Positions 36,614 to 45,885 of a stretch of DNA of 45,885 bases are shown one piece after another. Numbering within the stretch: the first letter of the stretch is position 1; every line of letters starts with the position of its first letter. A model generated the notes under the pieces. That model was not told the origin of the DNA and searched no databases. It was given only the letters and a program-made list of their open reading frames with translations. The position numbers and the translations under genes are program-made. This DNA comes from Candidatus Woesearchaeota archaeon (lineage in GTDB: Archaea > Nanobdellota > Nanobdellia > Woesearchaeales > JACPBO01), in contig JACPBO010000021.1 in assembly GCA_016180285.1 (NCBI GenBank), forward strand, positions 1 through 45,885. The letters run 5' to 3'.

Positions 36614-36934
36614 ATGAACGTATTGTTTGTATGCAATCAAAACCAAAACCGGAGCAAGACAGCTGAAAAGATATTTAAAGACAGATTTGAAACTAAATCT
36701 GCTGGCCTCTATAATACCCGGCCTCTTACTGAAAAACAGCTTTCGTGGGCTGATGTGGTTATAGTTATGGAAGACTCCCAAAGGAGTGAAATATCTCAGC
36801 GTTTTCCTAAACAATATATGCAAAAGCGCATTCTTTCTTTGAACATTCCTGACATTTACCATTACAACCAACCTGAGTTAATTGAAAATTTAAAATCCAA
36901 GTTTAATGAATTAATAAAAGGTGCATCATTTTAG
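36614..36934 (+). CDS. Low-molecular-weight protein tyrosine phosphatase-like protein
   Basis: P-loop FVCNQNQNRS (CX5RS), SAG, WADVVIVME, LNIPD. Confidence 0.9.
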   Translation: MNVLFVCNQNQNRSKTAEKIFKDRFETKSAGLYNTRPLTEKQLSWADVVIVMEDSQRSEISQRFPKQYMQKRILSLNIPDIYHYNQPELIENLKSKFNELIKGASF

Positions 36935-37105
36935 CCATTCATCAAATTGTTTCTTTGCTGTTTTCATTGTTCTGAATATCTTGGTTTCTGCTATTGACAT
37001 TCCTGGTATTTTTCTTGTTACCTTGAACATTTTCCCAATATGATTTTGGAGTTCCATTAAAGACACTTCCCATTTCTTAACGGGATGTTTTTTGCTCTGC
37101 TGCAT
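36926..37105 (-). CDS. Small hypothetical protein, 59 aa, not in the ORF track
   Basis: MQQSKKHPVKKWEVSLMELQNHIGKMFKVTRKIPGMSIAETKIFRTMKTAKKQFDEWLK; protein-like composition. Confidence 0.65.
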   Translation of the reverse strand: MQQSKKHPVKKWEVSLMELQNHIGKMFKVTRKIPGMSIAETKIFRTMKTAKKQFDEWLK

Positions 37106-37129
37106 TTTAATAAATCTTCTCCATTCATT

Positions 37130-37183
37130 TTAGTCTTCAACGAAATCTTCAAGTTCATCTTCAGTATAATAGTCATGATTCAT
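37130..37183 (-). CDS. Acidic micropeptide, 17 aa (MNHDYYTEDELEDFVED)
   Basis: Strong GAGGTG RBS 6 nt upstream; ATGA overlap with the upstream ORF. Confidence 0.4.
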   Translation of the reverse strand: MNHDYYTEDELEDFVED

Positions 37184-37320
37184 ATTGACCACCTCTTGCT
37201 TATTTGAAAATCAAGCGCATTTTTCTTTTCAGTACTGCATGTCTTAAATGTAAGATCCTTAATCTGCTGGAAAAACAAGCTTCCTATTGTCGGAAGGCTG
37301 AGATCGATTTTGTTTATCAT
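37180..37320 (-). CDS. Small hypothetical protein, 46 aa
   Basis: ATG about 21 nt after a TTTAAATA box; stop overlaps the next ATG. Confidence 0.35.
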   Translation of the reverse strand: MINKIDLSLPTIGSLFFQQIKDLTFKTCSTEKKNALDFQISKRWSI

Positions 37321-37414
37321 GATAAGAATACAGATAAACTTATTTAAATACTTCATTACCCCATCTGTCCACTGGCTTTTTCTAAAAAGCCTGAGATGCC
37401 TGAATTTTAAAGAG

Positions 37415-37675
37415 TTAGGGCTTTTGTCGTTCTTTTAAGCTTAGATCCATACCCGACATTGTTTTAATTCTTTCACATATGGAAGCATATCGCGCAATAG
37501 GCAGTTGTTCTTCAACAGAACCATCATAAAAAATGTTAACCACTTTTTTCTTTGGTTTCAACTTAATAGAGTTAACTGATGATCTGACAGCATTTAAAAT
37601 ATAAAAAGCGACAACTTTTGTAGGATCTTCTGGTCCTGATTCATCAATAATTTCTAATAGGTTGCTCTCGACCAT
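37415..37675 (-). CDS. Stand-alone fragment resembling the GspE/PilB ATPase N2 domain
   Basis: ILNAVRSSVNSIKLKP...DG......P....SICERIKTMSGMDLS resembles A....ASDIHIEP...DG...RIK..A.LDI. Confidence 0.55.
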   Translation of the reverse strand: MVESNLLEIIDESGPEDPTKVVAFYILNAVRSSVNSIKLKPKKKVVNIFYDGSVEEQLPIARYASICERIKTMSGMDLSLKERQKP

Positions 37676-37731
37676 AATGCAAGTAATGCCCTTGTGCTTA
37701 TAAAGTTTATTAAAACAATCTAAGATCTTAC

Positions 37732-38799
37732 TTAAAACTCCGTCAGCTTCTTAGTCGTCTGGTACGTAATTATCGACGTGCTTCCGCCTGATCCTATGAT
37801 CTTCCTGATGCTGACAAACTTGTTCTTTTCAAGATCAGACACTTTCCTCTGGAATGTCTTGTAAGATGCCTGCCCGCTTTTCTTCTGGTAAATGCCAAAC
37901 AAATCCCCTATTTTTTCACCTGAATTCTGCTTTATGATGCTCAGTATAAGTTTCTCATCATCTTCCAATGAATCGCTGCTTTTTATTGAAAAATTTTCAA
38001 GCTTTTTTAATGCTTCTTTTGCATGCTCCATCTTTATCTTCCTGCTGCTTTTGTTTTCAGCGCAGTTTCCTGCTTCTCTCATTAAAAATAGCCCTGTTCT
38101 TATGTCGCCAATCTCTGCTGATTTTTCTGCAATTATTCCGAATGCATCTTCATCCCAGACTCCTGGAACAAACGCATACTCCAGCCTGCGCTTCAAAATT
38201 TCATAAGTTTCTTTTTCATCATAAGGCGGGAATTCAATCAGCTCAGGCAGCAGCCTTGACTTCAGCCTTTCATCAAGCTCGTCAAGCCAGGATTTGTAGT
38301 TTGTCACGATAATCACTGTTTTCCTGTAAATGTTCTCCAGGATGAAATAAATAAAATCAACATCCTCTGCCTTGTCGATTTCATCAAAAACAAAAACAGC
38401 TGATTTTTTATTGATGATTTCCTTTACAATGTCAAACAATTCATCTGTTTTCTTGTTCTGCGTGAACCTGTAATCGAGCTTGCTGCATAACTCCAGCATG
38501 ATTTTGTAGCTGCTGTTCCGCTGCCAGCAGTTTATGTAGATCGGGATAATGTCAGCAGTTTCCTCTTCAAGCTCGTTCACAACATGCCTTGTTGCAACTG
38601 TCTTGCCAACACCGGGCCTGCCGTAGATGAATACATTCTTCCCGTTTCTTTTCTGGAATAAGGGTTTTATGCAGGCTGCGATGAATCGCTGCTCTTTCTC
38701 ACGGAATGGGACAAGCTTCGGAATGTAATCATAGTCAAGGGCAACAGTATCCTGGAATATTGACTCATCTGATCTTAACATGTCTTTGAATAAGGTCAT
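37732..38799 (-). CDS. cdc6: Orc1/Cdc6 family AAA+ replication initiator
   Basis: LDYDYIPKLVPFRE, Walker A GRPGVGKT, YINC, Walker B VFDEID, RLKSRL, FPPYD, GDIR; C-terminal winged helix. Confidence 0.94.
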   Translation of the reverse strand: MTLFKDMLRSDESIFQDTVALDYDYIPKLVPFREKEQRFIAACIKPLFQKRNGKNVFIYGRPGVGKTVATRHVVNELEEETADIIPIYINCWQRNSSYKIMLELCSKLDYRFTQNKKTDELFDIVKEIINKKSAVFVFDEIDKAEDVDFIYFILENIYRKTVIIVTNYKSWLDELDERLKSRLLPELIEFPPYDEKETYEILKRRLEYAFVPGVWDEDAFGIIAEKSAEIGDIRTGLFLMREAGNCAENKSSRKIKMEHAKEALKKLENFSIKSSDSLEDDEKLILSIIKQNSGEKIGDLFGIYQKKSGQASYKTFQRKVSDLEKNKFVSIRKIIGSGGSTSIITYQTTKKLTEF

Positions 38800-38861
38800 A
38801 CATCGGAGTAAAGAAAAACGGTATATAAATGTTGTTAAAACTAATTGGTTTCTGAGAAAAG

Positions 38862-39572
38862 TTAAGGTAACATATTCTTTTCCCGATATTCTTCAATTAA
38901 GTCCTTCATAGTATAATCCACCCACGTATAAGAAGGGATAGTCAGATTAGTCAAACCAAGAGTCGTAAATGACATCCGATATTTTACAATTTCAAAATCA
39001 GGAAAACGACGTATAATGCCTTGAGATGGACAGTTATCACAACTTATTTTGAACGAAATTGATTCATGTTCCATTACATAATATGCCTTATTTGATATAG
39101 TTAGGATATGTAAAGGCTCTAATGAAGATCTGTTAGGAAACAAATCTTTTTCTGTTACATTGAATGCTAATGAATAGAATATTGTTTGACCCGGTCCTAT
39201 GCCTGTTTTATTTATAATATGAGGTGTATGTGGATTGATTTCAAATCTATATAGGTATATGGTCCCCGTGGAACGTAACGGATGTGTATTTGTTACATTT
39301 ATATACCATCTGCCTTCGCTTTCGTTTACCCAATCAACAACTTTTAATGTAACCGGACTTGTAATCCAAGTAGTATAATTTAATGTTTTTTCAGTGTTCT
39401 TTATAGAATCTTGTACACTAAGGGTGTAAAAAAACAACGATGTGAGAACTCCAAAAATAACTCCCCCTATAACATATTTATAGGAATTTTTTTCAGATTT
39501 TCTAAAAGCTTCTCTTAGTTTTTTAAATTCTTTACTAATAATCTCTTTAATTTGTTCTAGTGCAGTTGCCAT
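38862..39572 (-). CDS. Hypothetical membrane-anchored protein
   Basis: One TM helix (YVIGGVIFGVLTSLFFY) and several NxT sequons; start inferred at MATALE. Confidence 0.7.
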   Translation of the reverse strand: MATALEQIKEIISKEFKKLREAFRKSEKNSYKYVIGGVIFGVLTSLFFYTLSVQDSIKNTEKTLNYTTWITSPVTLKVVDWVNESEGRWYINVTNTHPLRSTGTIYLYRFEINPHTPHIINKTGIGPGQTIFYSLAFNVTEKDLFPNRSSLEPLHILTISNKAYYVMEHESISFKISCDNCPSQGIIRRFPDFEIVKYRMSFTTLGLTNLTIPSYTWVDYTMKDLIEEYREKNMLP

Positions 39573-39639
39573 TTTACATGCCAATTATTTTTACTTTTAT
39601 TTATTAGAAATTTACTTAACTATAAATAGTTTTTGCTTA

Positions 39640-40194
39640 TCAAAACATCCACCGAATCATCCCTGAAAACAGCAGCATGCTGCCAAGATCTGCCACAGAC
39701 GTTGTTATCGGGATCAGCATGTCATCAGGATCCTCTTTCCTGTGGTAAACATAAAGCCCGCCGATAATTGAGATCAAAAATATTATCACGACAAGCAAGG
39801 CTGTTGTCAGAGCAACCAGCCCGATTATTTTTAAGAGCAGAATAATATCGAAACTAAAGCCTCTTGCATAAGCAATAAAAACTGACAAAATCGATATGTA
39901 AACAGCAGATATCAATGCAATCGGAATTATTACCCTGTAAAGATGCTTCACGAAATGAGAGCGCCACCACGGCCTTTTAATCTTTCTTTCATACAATGCT
40001 GTTGTGAATTTTGAAGTTATTATCATTCCAAAATCCCCTATCATGTCATTCAGCGAAGGAAGAAGAATAAGCAGGGGAATTATTGCAGCCAGCTTTATCT
40101 GAATAGTCTGCAATCCAAACCCGCCAACAGAGCTTAAGATAGAAGCCAATATCAGCACCTTAAGGCTCTCTTTGATTATCTTGCCGATTATCAT
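39640..40194 (-). CDS. MgtE-type divalent cation transporter membrane subunit
   Basis: LLP...DMIGDFG and DPDDMLIPITTSVADL motifs. Confidence 0.88.
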   Translation of the reverse strand: MIIGKIIKESLKVLILASILSSVGGFGLQTIQIKLAAIIPLLILLPSLNDMIGDFGMIITSKFTTALYERKIKRPWWRSHFVKHLYRVIIPIALISAVYISILSVFIAYARGFSFDIILLLKIIGLVALTTALLVVIIFLISIIGGLYVYHRKEDPDDMLIPITTSVADLGSMLLFSGMIRWMF

Positions 40195-40748
40195 GCAGCC
40201 ACCATTATTGCGATCAATATTGAAAACACGCTTATTATATCGCCTGTTGTTGTCAGGTAAGGCCCCATTATATTGTCCGGGTCATATCCGTGCCTGTAGA
40301 GCCAGAAGCAGCTTAGGACAGTCATTGGAATTTCAATGATATTTGAAAGAACAGCTGCGATCACTGCAATATATATTATTGCCGGGTTGTTTATGTTAAA
40401 GATAAAAAAAGTGGCAAAGTACGCAACAACGCCCAGGATAAAAGCAACTAAGACAACAAGCAGTGAAGACGCAGCAATGTTGTCTTTCAGAATAGCATTG
40501 TTTTTAAATTTAAAGGCAGGCTTTAATTTTTTCAGGTGCAAATCAACGCTTAATCTTCCTGCCAATGATCCGCTTATGTTGCCCCGCATCTCAAGGAATC
40601 CCGGAAGCAGGATAAGCAGCCCGGGAATGAGAAATAACTTATTGACAAAAACAGCAAGCATTGTTCCGGCAAATAAGCCGCCTGTTATTGAGATTATCTC
40701 GCTGAAAAAGATTTCCCTGAATTCTTCATCCATTTTAAATCTTGTCAA
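40191..40748 (-). CDS. MgtE-type divalent cation transporter membrane subunit
   Basis: PGFLEMRGNISG and DPDNIMGPYLTTTGD motifs. Confidence 0.88.
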   Translation of the reverse strand: MTRFKMDEEFREIFFSEIISITGGLFAGTMLAVFVNKLFLIPGLLILLPGFLEMRGNISGSLAGRLSVDLHLKKLKPAFKFKNNAILKDNIAASSLLVVLVAFILGVVAYFATFFIFNINNPAIIYIAVIAAVLSNIIEIPMTVLSCFWLYRHGYDPDNIMGPYLTTTGDIISVFSILIAIMVAA

Positions 40749-42015
40749 TCTTCTTTATTCCGTTCATGTAAGGAACTAAAACTTTCGGCACAGTTATTGT
40801 TCCGTCTTTATTTTGGTAATTCTCAAGAATTGCCCTCATTGCCCTTGATGTTGCGATTCCTGTATTGTTCAGCGTATGCAGATACTCTCTTGTCCCATCT
40901 TTTCTCTGCAGTTTTATGTTAAGCCTTGCTGCCTGGTAAGCTGTGCAGTTTGAATTTGAGCCAACTTCAAAATACTGCTTTTCCCTTGGAGACCATGCTT
41001 CAATATCATATTTTTTTGCAGCTATTATCCCAATATCTCCTGTGCACACGCTTACAACCCTGAACGGAATCTCTAATGCTTTGTACATGTCTTCTGAATT
41101 TTTTTGGATTTCCTCGTGCATTTTCCATGATTCCTCTGGCCTGCAGAATACAAACTGCTCTATTTTATTGAACTGGTGCACTCTGAATAACCCCCTTGTA
41201 TCAATGCCATGGCTTCCGATCTCCCTTCTGAAATTCGTGCTAATGCCGCAGAATCTTATTGGAAGGCCTTTCTCATCAAGCACTTCATTGGCATGCATTG
41301 CTCCCATTGGATGCTCTGATGTTGCAATCATGTAAAGGTCTTCATCCTGTATTTTATACATCACTTTTTCAAAAGCTTCGAGCTCGATAACTCCTTCATA
41401 GCTTTTTTTGTTCATCATAAATGGCGGCTCTATCAGCGTAAATCCGCGTTTTATCAGGAAATCAATTGCAAACCTTTGCAATGATAGGTCAAGCAATGCC
41501 AATGCTCCTTTAAGATAGTAGAACCCTGTTCCTGCAATCTTTGCAGCTCTTTTAAAATCCGCAATATTCAGCTCTTCCATTAGCTCGCCATGCGGCTTTA
41601 CTTCAAAATCAAATTTCTTCGGCTTGCCGACTGTCCTGACAACGGCATTTTCAGAAGAATCCTTGCCATAAGGCACAGAATCATGCAGAATATTTGGAAT
41701 CCTCATAAGATAATAATGTATCTTTTCCCTTAGCTCATTCTCTTTTTCTTCAAGTTTTTTTATTTTATCCGGAATTTCCTTTATTTCTTTTATAAGCTTT
41801 GAAATATCCCTGCCCTGTTTTTTTAATTCGTTGATTTCCAAAGAAGCCTTGTTTCTTCTTGCCCTCAGCTCATCAGCTTCCTGCTTTGCATTTCTCCATT
41901 CTTCATCCTTTTTAAGAAGGTCATCCAGCCATGCGATCTTTTCTTCATCATGCCTTTTCTTAAGGTCTTTCTTTACAACAGCCGGGTTTTTCCTTATGAA
42001 GCTTATATCGAGCAT
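40735..42015 (-). CDS. serS: Serine--tRNA ligase
   Basis: MLDISFIR start, IPN, ATSEHP, FRREIG...RGLFRVHQFNKIEQF, TLNNTGIATSR..AILEN. Confidence 0.97.
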   Translation of the reverse strand: MLDISFIRKNPAVVKKDLKKRHDEEKIAWLDDLLKKDEEWRNAKQEADELRARRNKASLEINELKKQGRDISKLIKEIKEIPDKIKKLEEKENELREKIHYYLMRIPNILHDSVPYGKDSSENAVVRTVGKPKKFDFEVKPHGELMEELNIADFKRAAKIAGTGFYYLKGALALLDLSLQRFAIDFLIKRGFTLIEPPFMMNKKSYEGVIELEAFEKVMYKIQDEDLYMIATSEHPMGAMHANEVLDEKGLPIRFCGISTNFRREIGSHGIDTRGLFRVHQFNKIEQFVFCRPEESWKMHEEIQKNSEDMYKALEIPFRVVSVCTGDIGIIAAKKYDIEAWSPREKQYFEVGSNSNCTAYQAARLNIKLQRKDGTREYLHTLNNTGIATSRAMRAILENYQNKDGTITVPKVLVPYMNGIKKIDKI

Positions 42016-42055
42016 TTCAACATCTTTTATACCTGATTTTATATAGTTTTTGTTT

Positions 42056-42355
42056 TTATAAGCCAAGCATGACATAATCTGGCGGGTTGTAAGAAACTTC
42101 GATTTGCCTTCTTTTATAAAGGAATATTTTATTTGGCAAAGATGAATTTCCTCCTGCATAGGTTAAAAGCACTTCAATCCCGCGAATTTCATCGCCATTA
42201 AATTGCGCAATATTCTTTTTAGCCTTCATACTGCATCCTATCAAAACAATATCTGGCTTTTCTTCATCGGACAGCCTATTTGCGATCCGATAAACAAGCT
42301 CTTTAGTTAAAGCAACATTAACATTGCAATTATGATATTTTGTTTCAGTAAGCAT
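42056..42355 (-). CDS. Hypothetical protein
   Basis: AGGTGAT RBS before ATG 42355; no recognised motif. Confidence 0.55.
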   Translation of the reverse strand: MLTETKYHNCNVNVALTKELVYRIANRLSDEEKPDIVLIGCSMKAKKNIAQFNGDEIRGIEVLLTYAGGNSSLPNKIFLYKRRQIEVSYNPPDYVMLGL

Positions 42356-42619
42356 GTTGATCACCTTGTTAATTGATTTTAAAAAACATAAAATTTGATA
42401 AACAATGAAAGCAGCCTAACAGCTGCCAGAAGAACAGGACATCCAGCAAATGATTATTTGATCCATAGGCTGAGGAATATAGGGCAACTATATAAATTTT
42501 TTCAATAACTTTATAAATAATGCCACTTTTCCATTATTTATTACCAAAACTGTGAGGTTATAAAGACGCAGCAAATTCTGCTCTTTTAGGTAATTAAGCT
42601 GAACAGACAGGTGAACAAT

Positions 42620-43222
42620 ATGACCAATGAAGAATCGTTTTTAGTTCCGCAGGACATTTATCTGAAGTCCGGAATACACATAGGAACAAAATTCAAGACA
42701 AAGTACATGGAGCAGTTCATCTACAAGACAAGGCCTGATGGATTATCAATCCTGAATCTGCAGAAGATAGATGAAAGAATAGCGGCTGCTGCAAGGTTCC
42801 TTGCCCAGTTCGCCCCTGAAGACATAATTGTTGTTTCAAGAAGAGAGAATGGCTGGAAGCCGGTAAAGCTCTTTGGCGATCTTACAGGAGCAACAGTATT
42901 TGCAGGCAGATATCCTCCGGGAATGCTTACCAATCCGCAGCTGGAAATATACAGAGAGGCAAAAATGCTGTTTGTTACAGATGCATGGCCCGACAGGAAC
43001 GCTGTTATGGACGCCATCAAAATCGGAATCCCTGTTATAGCGCTTTGCGACACAAACAACCAGTCTAATTTTATTGACTTGGTTGTTCCGTGCAACAACA
43101 AGGGAAAGAAAAGCCTTGGATTGCTGTTTTACATCCTTACAAGAGAGTACATGAAACTGAGAGGCATGATAAAAAGCAACGAGGAATTCACAAAAACAGC
43201 AGATGATTTCACAGAAGAATAG
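42620..43222 (+). CDS. rps2: 30S ribosomal protein S2
   Basis: YLKSGIHIGT, RPDGL, GRYPPG.LTNP, ALCDTNN, PCNNKG; AGGTGA RBS. Confidence 0.97.
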   Translation: MTNEESFLVPQDIYLKSGIHIGTKFKTKYMEQFIYKTRPDGLSILNLQKIDERIAAAARFLAQFAPEDIIVVSRRENGWKPVKLFGDLTGATVFAGRYPPGMLTNPQLEIYREAKMLFVTDAWPDRNAVMDAIKIGIPVIALCDTNNQSNFIDLVVPCNNKGKKSLGLLFYILTREYMKLRGMIKSNEEFTKTADDFTEE

Positions 43223-43886
43223 CAATCCCTTGGTTTTTTATTTCAAAGCATACCTCTTTTCCTTCTTTTATCGAGCGGTGCTTTTGAAGAACTGCCTTTC
43301 TGCCGAAATTGTCTTTTCTTAATTCAATCAGGCATTTGCTCCCGTATTTCATTATGTCTCCGCCAACCATATTTACTTTTGTTTTATCCTCAAAATCCGC
43401 GTAAACCTGGTTCGTTAACAGAACAGGAATATTCTTATCGCGCGCAATCTCGCTGAGAAACGAAATCTGCTGGACAAGCGCATTATTCACATTATATCCG
43501 TTTTCAGATGATGCGAGCTCTAACCTATAAAGCATCGAAATTGTGTCAACAACAACCAGCCCTATTTTTTCGTTTATAATGTCTTTTAATTTTTCAAATA
43601 CTTCCTTCTGCTGGGCAAAATTCATGGGCTTCAAAAAAATTATATTCTTGAGGATAGTCTCATAATCAGATGTTATCTGCTTGAACCTTTCAACAGAAAA
43701 CCCGCCTTCGCTGTCAATAAAAATGACCTTTCTTCCTTCTTTTACTGCATTTATTGCTGCAAGCATGCACGAGCATGTCTTACCCGAGCTTGCCGGCCCG
43801 TACAAGGTTGTTATTATTCCCTTTTCATAGCCTCCTTCAAGAAGAAGATCAAGCGCATCAGAGCCTGTGCTCAGAATGTTTTTCAT
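43209..43886 (-). CDS. radB: DNA repair and recombination protein RadB
   Basis: GPASSGKT, IDSEGGFS.ER, VVDTIS, LTNQVY, KHR motif; no N-terminal HhH domain. Confidence 0.93.
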   Translation of the reverse strand: MKNILSTGSDALDLLLEGGYEKGIITTLYGPASSGKTCSCMLAAINAVKEGRKVIFIDSEGGFSVERFKQITSDYETILKNIIFLKPMNFAQQKEVFEKLKDIINEKIGLVVVDTISMLYRLELASSENGYNVNNALVQQISFLSEIARDKNIPVLLTNQVYADFEDKTKVNMVGGDIMKYGSKCLIELRKDNFGRKAVLQKHRSIKEGKEVCFEIKNQGIAILL

Positions 43887-43904
43887 AAGCATATTAATGC
43901 AGCA

Positions 43905-44564
43905 TCATTTATTAATTTTGCCCTTAAATTGCCCAAGGTCTTTAATATTATACTCGAAAATTTGTATAGATGCTTCATCATCAACCGACTCTTCAAATGG
44001 TCGGTATACTGCAATATGGGTCAAACCATTTTCTTTTTTTAGAAAAGCCAATTGGCCAGTCATGATAACCATTCCTTCTCTGCCAAAATTCCATTTATCG
44101 TGCCCTAATTCATCTTGCAAGAATTCTAATTCTTTAAAAACCAGCTTTCCAACTAGCACAGGGCCATCAAGATATAATTCTTCTTTTTGTTTTTGAGGTT
44201 GACCAAAATATCCTATTAATGTTTCTAATGCCCCTCGACTGCTAATGGCATTTTCCCCTCCTACAGTCAAATAATATTTTTTAATGTGGCAATCTTCCGA
44301 CTCCCCGGATGAATTTGAATTTTTATCATCAAACAGAGCGGTATATTCCATTAATGTCGCTAAATCTTTCCTTACTTCACTATGTTTTTTAGATGAATCA
44401 TTTACTTGTTGATCATCTTTAATTACCTCATCAAAATATTGCCTGACTCTTTGATAGGCTTCTTTTACTTTTGTAGTTAACTCGTTTAGTCTTTTCCCTT
44501 GCTCTCCTGCTTCATTCTCAGATTGCTCAACTCCAAGCTTAATTAATAGTTCTTTTACTGCCAT
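43905..44564 (-). CDS. Hypothetical protein
   Basis: Long ORF 2 nt downstream of the preceding gene, with a GAGGGG RBS; no recognised motif. Confidence 0.7.
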   Translation of the reverse strand: MAVKELLIKLGVEQSENEAGEQGKRLNELTTKVKEAYQRVRQYFDEVIKDDQQVNDSSKKHSEVRKDLATLMEYTALFDDKNSNSSGESEDCHIKKYYLTVGGENAISSRGALETLIGYFGQPQKQKEELYLDGPVLVGKLVFKELEFLQDELGHDKWNFGREGMVIMTGQLAFLKKENGLTHIAVYRPFEESVDDEASIQIFEYNIKDLGQFKGKINK

Positions 44565-44566
44565 TT

Positions 44567-45877
44567 TTACCCCTCATATAATTTTATTTCGTCAACCTTT
44601 CTTAAATCTAGCACACCTTTTTTAGCATTTTCATCAACAGCCATATAGATTTCTCCTTTCCCTGCGATTAAAGCAGAAGCTGATTTATCAACAAAATTCT
44701 CCTTCAGTTTTAAATAATGTTCTGTTGGTTCGCCTGACAAAAATAATTGGTCTATACACCTTATAAAATTGGCAAAATGTGTTGCTCCTGCAGAAGGGGA
44801 GTGTGTACCCTCAGATTCGTGGACTTCTACAATACCACCTGCATTGTAGGTATTGGTGAACTTGTATGTTCCATTTGGTGATTTAGTATTCCCAATCAAA
44901 ATATGCTTAGGAAGAATAAAAAGCAAATAATCATGATGTGATTCGTTATATTTAGTAAAATTGTATTCATAAGGGCATGCCAATGCGCCATTTTTATGAT
45001 CTTTTTTTGGTGGAGGCATAAACACGAAATTTGTAAAAGTTTTTGACCCAACTCCAATATATCCCCCTGGTTTTATTAGAGGTGATTCTGCAACTTCAAT
45101 AGCTACTGTTCCCTTCTTAACTGGCAATGGAGCATTTTGAATTGAATAAACAACTAATTTGTCTAAAGAAGGGATTGCAAATTCAAAATTCAAACCGAAT
45201 CCTTCAGGAAATTGTAGTTTTTGTTCGAATTTTAACGCGTTTTCTACAAAATGCTTAATAAATTCCTCTGAGAGCACCACCTGTCTGTCTATTGGTTTAG
45301 TTACTATTCTTCCATTTTCAAAATAAGTTACTTCTTGTTGAAAAGCACTAGTTGCTTTTACCTCTCCGCTTCTCCTTGAATATTCAAATATATAGTGCGG
45401 TTTGCCATCAACAGCAATAGAACCTAGCCCTTTGCAAAAACCAACAATGACTTTATCAGGAAATGCTGCATTAAGATAGCCGCTCAGATCAGGGTAGAAT
45501 TTTTCAAGTCCTAATAATTGATTAACAAACTCATCTCCTTGCACCCTTCCAACAACATCCTGAGCAAGCAAACCCAAGCCATCCTTCATTTGCTTTCTTG
45601 ACCTAAATGCTACTTTATCTGAATCGAGGTAATCTGCGCAAATATCAGCAACAGCATTTAGCAAGTAAAACAAATATTTTGCTTCATCAACATTCCCTAC
45701 AAATTTCGTTGTATAAAAACCAGGAAGTCTATTCTTTAAAGAATCCTCATTGATGTCGGAAGAGCGCAAAACAGTCCTTTTTGGAAACTTTTCAATAATC
45801 ATTTCTATAAATGGTTTAAAATCTGAAGACAATATTTCAATGATTTTGTCCTTCTTCCTCCAACTCTCATATGCCAT
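44567..45877 (-). CDS. Divergent PEP/pyruvate-binding (PPDK/PEP synthase N-terminal ATP-grasp) domain protein
   Basis: VLRSSDINED...PGFYTT (cf. VRSS...ED...AG.Y.T), LLAQDVVG, NFEFAI, IQNAPL (cf. LQ.RPL), C-terminal PSAGATHF. Confidence 0.6.
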   Translation of the reverse strand: MAYESWRKKDKIIEILSSDFKPFIEMIIEKFPKRTVLRSSDINEDSLKNRLPGFYTTKFVGNVDEAKYLFYLLNAVADICADYLDSDKVAFRSRKQMKDGLGLLAQDVVGRVQGDEFVNQLLGLEKFYPDLSGYLNAAFPDKVIVGFCKGLGSIAVDGKPHYIFEYSRRSGEVKATSAFQQEVTYFENGRIVTKPIDRQVVLSEEFIKHFVENALKFEQKLQFPEGFGLNFEFAIPSLDKLVVYSIQNAPLPVKKGTVAIEVAESPLIKPGGYIGVGSKTFTNFVFMPPPKKDHKNGALACPYEYNFTKYNESHHDYLLFILPKHILIGNTKSPNGTYKFTNTYNAGGIVEVHESEGTHSPSAGATHFANFIRCIDQLFLSGEPTEHYLKLKENFVDKSASALIAGKGEIYMAVDENAKKGVLDLRKVDEIKLYEG

Positions 45878-45885
45878 TAGTTCTG

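Noticed and set aside
37374..37391. Palindrome GGCTTTTT-CT-AAAAAGCC as a mobile-element end
   Set aside because: Single copy with no partner end or target duplication; more simply a terminator or binding site.
42370..42470. Possible small hydrophobic ORF between the hypothetical gene and rps2
   Set aside because: The ATG frame stops after 16 codons and the hydrophobic stretch is in another frame with no start codon.
1..45885. CRISPR array, diversity-generating retroelement, integrase or transposase
   Set aside because: I saw no regularly spaced repeats, reverse transcriptase motifs, adenine-specific TR/VR pair or recombinase/transposase motifs. The 18448/19409 repeat differs by deletions, not A-specific substitutions.

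Overview
A gene-dense archaeal chromosomal segment. The lineage is most likely DPANN (Woesearchaeota-like), inferred from the S-layer signal sequence, the short GatE, the expanded orphan PEP-swivel proteins and a free-standing LAGLIDADG gene. Housekeeping genes include smc (5' partial), tfe, an SSB/RPA, a DHH nuclease, nreA, lsm, rpl37e, gatE, cdc6/orc1, two MgtE-type genes, serS, rps2 and radB. A type IV pilus-like locus contains a 47-aa ribbon-helix-helix regulator absent from the ORF track, an ATPase with a 512-aa LAGLIDADG intein, and a TadC-like membrane protein. Three tRNAs (Phe, Gly, Leu) carry six BHB-type introns, four at non-canonical positions; tRNA-Leu has three. The S-layer gene is frameshifted, has a duplicated 3' end, and is flanked in mirror symmetry by two paralogous divergent pairs of small winged-helix genes. 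The strongest candidate for an undescribed system is a tightly coupled operon of four proteins with variable helical N-termini and a conserved phospho-His swivel domain but no ATP-grasp domain, together with a histidine phosphatase and a Pta-like gene. An HPr fusion and a divergent PEP-synthase-type ATP-grasp protein lie elsewhere in the window, suggesting a split phosphohistidine relay. Three genes (S-layer, rpl37e, pta) show short deletion-like scars that may be assembly errors. All assignments come from reading motifs by eye; no database searches were run.
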